32,000 bases of DNA. Source: Candidatus Methylomirabilis oxygeniifera. GTDB lineage: Bacteria > Methylomirabilota > Methylomirabilia > Methylomirabilales > Methylomirabilaceae. The DNA lies in contig FP565575.1 of NCBI GenBank assembly GCA_000091165.1, positions 300,001-332,000 on the forward strand, given 5' to 3'. The stretch's first letter is position 1; each line of letters opens with the position of its first letter. Shown here one piece after another: positions 26,617-32,000 of this stretch. Below the pieces are notes generated by a model, which ran no database searches, had not been told where the DNA came from, and saw only the letters and a list, made by a program, of their open reading frames with translations. A program made the position numbers and the translations under genes.

Positions 26617-27861
26617 CCGGAGACCGCCCTCTACCCACGTTACGCTGAGCCTCGCCTCGTCGAGGCGCTGGCCGATTCGCCCGTGGTGCTAATCCATGGC
26701 CCGCGCCAGGTCGGTAAGACGACCCTCGCCCGAGTGGTCGGGGAACCCAGGGGATACGCTTATGTCAGTTTCGATGACGACGTCGCGCGCGGCGCCGCAG
26801 AGGCTGATCCGGTGGGCTTCGTCGCCGATCTGCCGGACCGGGCGATCCTGGATGAAGTGCAACGGGTACCGACGCTCTTCACCGCATTGAAGACGGCGGT
26901 CGATCGTAGCCGTAAGGCCGGCCGTTTCATGCTGACCGGCTCGACCAACGTGCTGCTGGTGCCGAACCTCGCCGACTCGCTGGCAGGTCGCATGGCGATC
27001 CTGCGGTTGTACCCGCTGGCGCAGTGCGAGCTGGAGCGGCGCGCATCGGGTTTCCTCGACGTCCTCTTCGAGGGCCGGTTCAAGATCCGGCGAACCGAGC
27101 GGCTGGCTCACCGGCTGGCGGAGCGGATCGTGGCGGGCGGATACCCGGCCGCGCTCACGCGCGCCGCTGTCCGTCGGCGCGCCGCATGGTACCGCGATTA
27201 TCTTGACGCATTGGTCCAGCGCGACGTGCGCGATCTGGCCCGCGTCAGCTCACTTGACGCGCTTCCAAGGCTGCTCGCACTGGCGGCGGCGCAGACTGCG
27301 CGGCTGCTGAACGTGTCGGATCTGGCTGCGCCCTTCCAGCTCAGTCGGCCGACGATCCGCGATTACGTCACGTTACTTGAGCGGGTGTTCCTGCTGGAGA
27401 CGTTGCCGCCATGGCACAGCAACCGCCTGAGCCGACTTATCAAGACGCCGAAGCTGCATGTCGGCGATACCGGACTTGCCTGCGCGCTGCTCGGCGTAGA
27501 TGCGGTCGCCGTTGCTGCCGATCGACCCCTGTTGGGCCAGCTTCTCGAAACCTTTGTGTTTCAGGAATTACGACGTCAGGCGAGCTGGCATGAGGAGCCG
27601 TTGGTGTTCTTTCATTACCGGGATAAGGACGGTATAGAAGTGGACATCGTCATCGAGCGCGGTGCGCGTGTGCTAGCGGGTGTAGAGGTAAAGGCGGCCG
27701 CCACGGTGACTGCAGCCGATTTCAGTGGCCTGCGCAAGCTGAGGGACGCTGCGGGCAAACGTTTTGCCGCCGGCGTTGTCCTCTACGATGGGGAGACCAG
27801 CGCGAGTTTCGGCGAAGGACTGCATGCCGTTCCGTTGCGTGCGCTCTGGGAAATGACGTGA
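26614..27861 (+). CDS. AAA-type ATPase with DUF4143-like C-terminal domain
   Basis: VVLIHGPRQVGKTTLARVV, ILDEVQRVPTLFTALKTAVD, FMLTGSTNVLL, and LVFFHYRDKDGIEVDIVIE nuclease-like motif. Confidence 0.88.
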   Translation: MPETALYPRYAEPRLVEALADSPVVLIHGPRQVGKTTLARVVGEPRGYAYVSFDDDVARGAAEADPVGFVADLPDRAILDEVQRVPTLFTALKTAVDRSRKAGRFMLTGSTNVLLVPNLADSLAGRMAILRLYPLAQCELERRASGFLDVLFEGRFKIRRTERLAHRLAERIVAGGYPAALTRAAVRRRAAWYRDYLDALVQRDVRDLARVSSLDALPRLLALAAAQTARLLNVSDLAAPFQLSRPTIRDYVTLLERVFLLETLPPWHSNRLSRLIKTPKLHVGDTGLACALLGVDAVAVAADRPLLGQLLETFVFQELRRQASWHEEPLVFFHYRDKDGIEVDIVIERGARVLAGVEVKAAATVTAADFSGLRKLRDAAGKRFAAGVVLYDGETSASFGEGLHAVPLRALWEMT

Positions 27862-27911
27862 ACAGTGCCGGGGTCTTCCATCTCCCAGCGCCTGTACGCG
27901 CACAACCCCTT

Positions 27912-27949
27912 ACAATCGGCCGAACCATAAGGTTGCAATTGCCGACGCG
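27912..27949 (+). repeat. Direct repeat, copy 2 (ATPase gene 3' flank)
   Basis: TTACAATCGGCCGAACCATAAGGTTGCAATTGCCGACG. Confidence 0.8.
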
Positions 27950-28084
27950 GACGCTGCTGGTGGGCGGGGACGGGATTCCGGTAGAAGAGTTCCTGCTCCA
28001 ACCGGTCACCCATTGGGTCACGCGATGAGCGCGATAGACAACACGAGACATGTCACCAGTTGTGCGGGTTAGAAGGAGACCAAC

Positions 28085-28537
28085 ATGTCAGAGCATGGCG
28101 TAACCGTTACGTGGCGGCGCACATCCGCGAGTTTTGACTACGAGGCGTATAACCGCGATCACGCCTGGTCGTTTGACGCCGGCATCCAGGTCCGCGCGTC
28201 AGCCGCCCCTGCCTATCGCGGCGACCCCGACTGCGTCGATCCCGAAGAGGCGTTTGTCGCGGCCCTGGCCGGGTGTCACATGCTGACCTTTCTGGCTGTT
28301 GCGTCGCGCAAGCGACTGATCGTCGATGCGTACGAAGACCACGCGACAGGGTTTATGGAGAAGAACGCCGACGGTAAGCTGGCCGTCACGCGGGTTGTTC
28401 TCCGACCGCGAGTTCGATTCAGCGGCTCTTCGGCGCTATCCCACGACGAACTCGCGAGACTCCACGAGCAGGCCCATCACGGTTGCATCATCGCCAACTC
28501 GGTACTGACAGCCATCACGATCGAGCCAGCCGACTGA
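28085..28537 (+). CDS. OsmC family protein
   Basis: DPEEAFVAALAGCHMLTFLAVASRKRLIVDAYEDHATG; conserved Cys of OsmC/Ohr-like proteins. Confidence 0.88.
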   Translation: MSEHGVTVTWRRTSASFDYEAYNRDHAWSFDAGIQVRASAAPAYRGDPDCVDPEEAFVAALAGCHMLTFLAVASRKRLIVDAYEDHATGFMEKNADGKLAVTRVVLRPRVRFSGSSALSHDELARLHEQAHHGCIIANSVLTAITIEPAD

Positions 28538-28586
28538 TAGATAATCGGCTACTGTGGCGCTCGGAACCTTGCGCACGGAGGTTGCC

Positions 28587-29468
28587 ATGAACGATGTCCA
28601 ATCCGGAATCCTGGAGTCGACCCCTCCGGTCGCCCGATATCTCATCTTCTCATTGACCGATCAGGACGAAGCTCGTAGGAGCCTGCGATTACTCAGTAAC
28701 ATAGCTGACGGTCGACAGACCGTGATCGGACTTGGTCAATCGCTCGTGCTTACGTTTGGGGCAACCATACCAGGTCTCCGCACTGCTCCGAGCTATGCCG
28801 GCGCCGGGTATGAAGTGCCGTCTACGCCGTTTGCGTTGTGGTGTTGGTTGAGGGGGGATGACAGGGGTGAACTGCTGCACCGAACCAGGCGCATTCATGA
28901 GGCGCTGGCCCCGGCGTTTTGCCTGGAACAGGTGATTGATGCTTTTACGTATGGCGCAGGTCGTGATTTGACGGGGTATGAAGACGGGACCGAGAACCCG
29001 AAAGGCGAGCGCGCATCAGAAGTCGCGTTCATTCAGGGACAAGGCGATGGGCTGGATGGATCGAGCTTCGTCGCTGTCCAGCAATGGGTGCATGATCTCG
29101 ATCGCTTCGACGCCAAGTCCACCCAGGAGCAGGACAACACGATCGGGCGTCGTCGGAGCGACAACGACGAGATCGAGGATGCGCCGCCGTCTGCGCACGT
29201 GAAAAGAGCGACGCAGGAGAGCTTCGATCCCCCGGCATTCATGTTGAGGCGCTCGATGCCGTGGGCGGACGGCTCGCACGCAGGCCTGATCTTTGTAGCG
29301 TTCGGCGCGTCCTTCGACGCGTTCGAGGTCCTCTTGAAGCGAATGGTCGGAGCAGAAGACGGGATAACAGACGCCTTGTTCACCTTCACCCGTCCGATAT
29401 CGGGTGCCTACTTCTGGTGTCCAGGCATGCAAGACGGACGATTGGACCTCCAACTGCTAGGTGTGTAG
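28587..29468 (+). CDS. Dyp-type peroxidase
   Basis: LTGYEDGTENPKG (GXXDG motif), SFVAVQQWVHDLDRF, HVKRA and LLKRMVG; ATG 28587 with CGGAGG upstream. Confidence 0.88.
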   Translation: MNDVQSGILESTPPVARYLIFSLTDQDEARRSLRLLSNIADGRQTVIGLGQSLVLTFGATIPGLRTAPSYAGAGYEVPSTPFALWCWLRGDDRGELLHRTRRIHEALAPAFCLEQVIDAFTYGAGRDLTGYEDGTENPKGERASEVAFIQGQGDGLDGSSFVAVQQWVHDLDRFDAKSTQEQDNTIGRRRSDNDEIEDAPPSAHVKRATQESFDPPAFMLRRSMPWADGSHAGLIFVAFGASFDAFEVLLKRMVGAEDGITDALFTFTRPISGAYFWCPGMQDGRLDLQLLGV

Positions 29469-29511
29469 CGGATCGGCTGGGCGCCGAATAACGCTTGACC
29501 ACCGGATGAAT

Positions 29512-29537
29512 ATATCGTACGGTATGACGTACGATAT
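29512..29537. promoter_or_regulatory. Operator-like inverted repeat upstream of Phd/YefM-YoeB-type pair
   Basis: ATATCGTAC-ggtatgac-GTACGATAT, perfect 9-bp arms. Confidence 0.7.
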
Positions 29538-29560
29538 CGAAGGCCATTGGAGGGAATGAC

Positions 29561-29803
29561 ATGACCAGCATCACAGCCACTGAGGCTCGAAAAAGACTGT
29601 ACGCGCTTCTGGACGATGTGGCCGATTCTCATGAACCTATCCAGATCGCTGGCAAGCGCCATTCGGCGGTGCTCGTATCGGAAGTCGACTGGCGTGCTAT
29701 CCAGGAAACACTGTACCTGAATGCCGTCCCAGGAATGCGCGCCTCGATCCGCAAGGGCTTGAAAACGCCCGTCGAGAAGTGTCATGAGGAGCTTGATTGG
29801 TAG
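29561..29803 (+). CDS. Phd/YefM-family antitoxin
   Basis: MTSITATEARKRLYALLDDVADSHEPIQIAGKRHSAVLVSEVDWRAIQETLYL. Confidence 0.9.
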   Translation: MTSITATEARKRLYALLDDVADSHEPIQIAGKRHSAVLVSEVDWRAIQETLYLNAVPGMRASIRKGLKTPVEKCHEELDW

Positions 29804-30063
29804 GATGGAAGTTCGTCTACACCAGTCAGGCTCGGCGTGACGCCAAGAAGTTAGCGCATTCCGGACTCAAATCGGAGGCGGAGCGCCTGCTCAAAATCCT
29901 GACACGGAATCCCTATCAAAATCCCCCGCCGTACGAGCGACTTGTCGGAGACCTTGCCGGCGCCGTATCCCGCAGGATTACCATCCAACACCGGCTCGTA
30001 TATCAGGTACTGGACGACATCAAAACTGTCAAGGTTATCCGTCTGTGGACCCATTACGAATAA
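29797..30063 (+). CDS. Txe/YoeB-family toxin
   Basis: WKFVYTSQARRDAKKLAHSG ... NPYQNPPPYERLVGDLAGAVSRRITIQHRLVYQV ... LWTHYE. Confidence 0.9.
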   Translation: MVGWKFVYTSQARRDAKKLAHSGLKSEAERLLKILTRNPYQNPPPYERLVGDLAGAVSRRITIQHRLVYQVLDDIKTVKVIRLWTHYE

Positions 30064-30309
30064 CCCCCGCTCTAATGCCCCTCCCTGGATTGGAGTAGAG
30101 TCCTAATTCCTTTTCATCCACACTAAACCCCGAAGAGCCGGAATTATCCTGATCTGTGTTTCTCGCCCACTATGGGTTCCGAAGCATCATTGACAAGTGC
30201 TTGGAAACCGAAGAGAATGGCGGCAATCTGTGGGCAACCCAAGGACAATGCTATGCCGGTCAACATGCTCGATCGTTCGGCCTGGCGGGTGAAGGAAAGT
30301 TGACATCCG

Positions 30310-30594
30310 ATGGCCCTGGTGTTTGAATGGGATCCAAGGAAGGCTCGCAGGAACCTCGCGATACACGGAGTGTCCTTCGACGAGGCCAGCACGGCATTCC
30401 AGGATCCCTTGTCGAAGACGATCGACGATCCACTGCATTCTGAAGATGAAGAGCGCTTCGTGCTGCTTGGCCATTCCCATCGAAATCGCCTCTTGGTCGT
30501 GGTACATACCGAACGGGGTGGCCGAATACGACTCATCAGCGCGCGGCTCGCAGCCAACAAAGAAAGGGTGATGTATGAAGCGAGTAAGGAATGA
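30310..30594 (+). CDS. brnT: BrnT-family toxin
   Basis: FEWDPRKARRNLAIHGVSFDEASTAFQDP; HRNRLLVVVHTERGGRIRLISARLAANKERVMYE. Confidence 0.88.
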   Translation: MALVFEWDPRKARRNLAIHGVSFDEASTAFQDPLSKTIDDPLHSEDEERFVLLGHSHRNRLLVVVHTERGGRIRLISARLAANKERVMYEASKE

Positions 30595-30820
30595 TCCCGA
30601 CATGCTGGAAGAGTACGATTTTAGCGGCGGCGTGCAAGGCAAGTACGCGAAACGATACGCTGAAGGCGCCAACGTGGTCGTCATTGATCCCGACGTGGCG
30701 GAGTATTTCCCAGACCACGACGCGGTCAATGAAGCGCTACGCGGGCTGGCCGCCATCATTAAGAGACGGCGGAAGGCCGAACCAGCGGCTCCACGCGGAC
30801 GCACTGCCGCGCGCCGCTGA
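30575..30820 (+). CDS. BrnA-like antitoxin
   Basis: EYDFSGGVQGKYAKRYAEGANVVVIDPDVAEYFPDHDAVNEALRGLAAII, overlapping brnT. Confidence 0.78.
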   Translation: MKRVRNDPDMLEEYDFSGGVQGKYAKRYAEGANVVVIDPDVAEYFPDHDAVNEALRGLAAIIKRRRKAEPAAPRGRTAARR

Positions 30821-31099
30821 TCCGCAACGCCGTTAGCCAGACGTACGCCTCAAATGCGTAGACCGCGGTGATCGTATGAGCAACATTTTCCAGAACCTTG
30901 GTTCTTGGTTTACATCTGGGCGCCATAACGGGATTAGGCCGGCCGGTCTTTGCCGCTATAGGCCTTGCTGAAATTCCGTTGACAAGTATAAGAAATAGCA
31001 GGAGAATCCCGCATATCGTGAGTATTATTGGGATTAGTGCTATACAGACCAGCGTAATCGTAGTTAGGCACCCTGTCTCAGCTCAAAAGGGAGAACACT

Positions 31100-32000
31100 A
31101 TGCGAAGATTCCTTCGCCTCTCTCTAGTTGCCGCCGCCTTCGCATTAATCTCGCCTGTCGCTACCGCCCAAGAGTACTTCGGGGAGTTCTTGGACAGGCC
31201 AAAAGGCGCTTTCATTGTCGAAGCGCAACCAAGGCCATTGTTTAGGGTCGAAACCGACTTCCGCTTTAAGGACCCAAATGGCCTGCTATGGTCGACGCCT
31301 GCTGGCACTGAGGTTGATGGGGCTTCGATTCCACAGTTGTTTTGGTCAATTATCGGAGGGCCGTTCGAGGGGCCGTATATAAACGCTTCCATCATTCACG
31401 ATTACTACTGTCGCACAATGGAACGCACCGCGCACGATACGCACAGGAACCTCTACTACGGAATGCGCACCTCCCAAGTACCCAAGTGGAAGGCTAAGTT
31501 GATGCATTGGGCCGTATCAGCGTTCGGACCATCATGGAAGCTAGAAAGACGCGTTGTAATGCGGCAGACTTGTGCTAACCCTCCCGATTTACCGGCAACC
31601 TGTTCGTCAGTTCCGACTTCTGAGGTCGTGCCTGTGAAATCTCCACCCATTGACCTCTCCGATCCCGTTGTCTTGGCGGCTGCAATTAGCAAGATGACCG
31701 CAGTCGCTAGAACACTTCTCACCTCAAACGGAGAGGTCCTCGATGTGACGGCTGGAGGACCGGTAAGCGCCACAGTCGAAGGTATTCAAGCGAGTGCAGA
31801 TGCATATCGTCAAGTATTTACAAGCAAGGAGTTCTCAAGCTCCCCCGCAAGGCTCGGCCTTTTATCGCAGGCCACCGGAAGTACTTTGGCAGACGTGCAG
31901 CCCTGGGCGGGTAACCGAATCCCAAGTCTTAAGGAGGCTATCGTACTGACCCCTAAAACCGTATCAAAGGTCGAAGCGAGTGCACCATTTAAGCTCGATC
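31100..32000 (+). CDS. DUF1353-like predicted secreted protein (truncated by window edge; absent from supplied ORF track)
   Basis: Open from ATG 31100 to 32000: MRRFLRLSLVAAAFALISPVATAQEYFGEFLDRP ... GTEVDGASIPQLFWSIIGGPFEGPYINASIIHDYYC. Confidence 0.68.
   Translation, partial: MRRFLRLSLVAAAFALISPVATAQEYFGEFLDRPKGAFIVEAQPRPLFRVETDFRFKDPNGLLWSTPAGTEVDGASIPQLFWSIIGGPFEGPYINASIIHDYYCRTMERTAHDTHRNLYYGMRTSQVPKWKAKLMHWAVSAFGPSWKLERRVVMRQTCANPPDLPATCSSVPTSEVVPVKSPPIDLSDPVVLAAAISKMTAVARTLLTSNGEVLDVTAGGPVSATVEGIQASADAYRQVFTSKEFSSSPARLGLLSQATGSTLADVQPWAGNRIPSLKEAIVLTPKTVSKVEASAPFKLD

Noticed and set aside
30898-31245. ORF 30898..31245 as a gene
   Set aside because: It overlaps the better supported DUF1353-like ORF at 31100 in a different frame and lacks recognisable features.

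Overview
The window has two parts. Positions 1 to about 23.5 kb are a dense, fully plus-strand housekeeping block: xseA (3' end)-xseB-ispA-tlyA-nadK-recN-rplU-rpmA-obgE-proB-proA-nadD-rsfS, then a DksA/TraR-type zinc-finger gene, a comF-like gene, a small secreted protein, gap-pgk-tpiA-secG, and a GlmL/MutL-family gene linked to uncharacterised, mostly membrane-associated genes. About 23.7 kb to the end is accessory DNA: three toxin-antitoxin-like pairs, degraded type I restriction-modification fragments, a SIR2-like protein, an AAA/DUF4143 ATPase flanked by ~38 bp direct repeats, OsmC, a Dyp-type peroxidase, and a DUF1353-like ORF running off the end. The strongest unusual signal is a family of strictly 7-bp-periodic degenerate tracts at about eleven loci, all in the core block. 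Units include CCCTAYA, AGTGTTC, TCGAGTG, CGCAACC, GCAGTCA and CCACTGA. Several are paired inverted arrays filling intercistronic gaps, and several run into coding sequence, supplying stop codons, C-terminal tails, an N-terminal region or an internal linker. Other notable observations are a G-rich palindromic element inserted in frame in ispA (second copy before nadD), a +1 frameshift at a G6 run in pgk, and an apparent HsdR N-terminus joined to an HsdS C-terminus. Taxonomy was not established. All family assignments come from reading the translations, with no database search.
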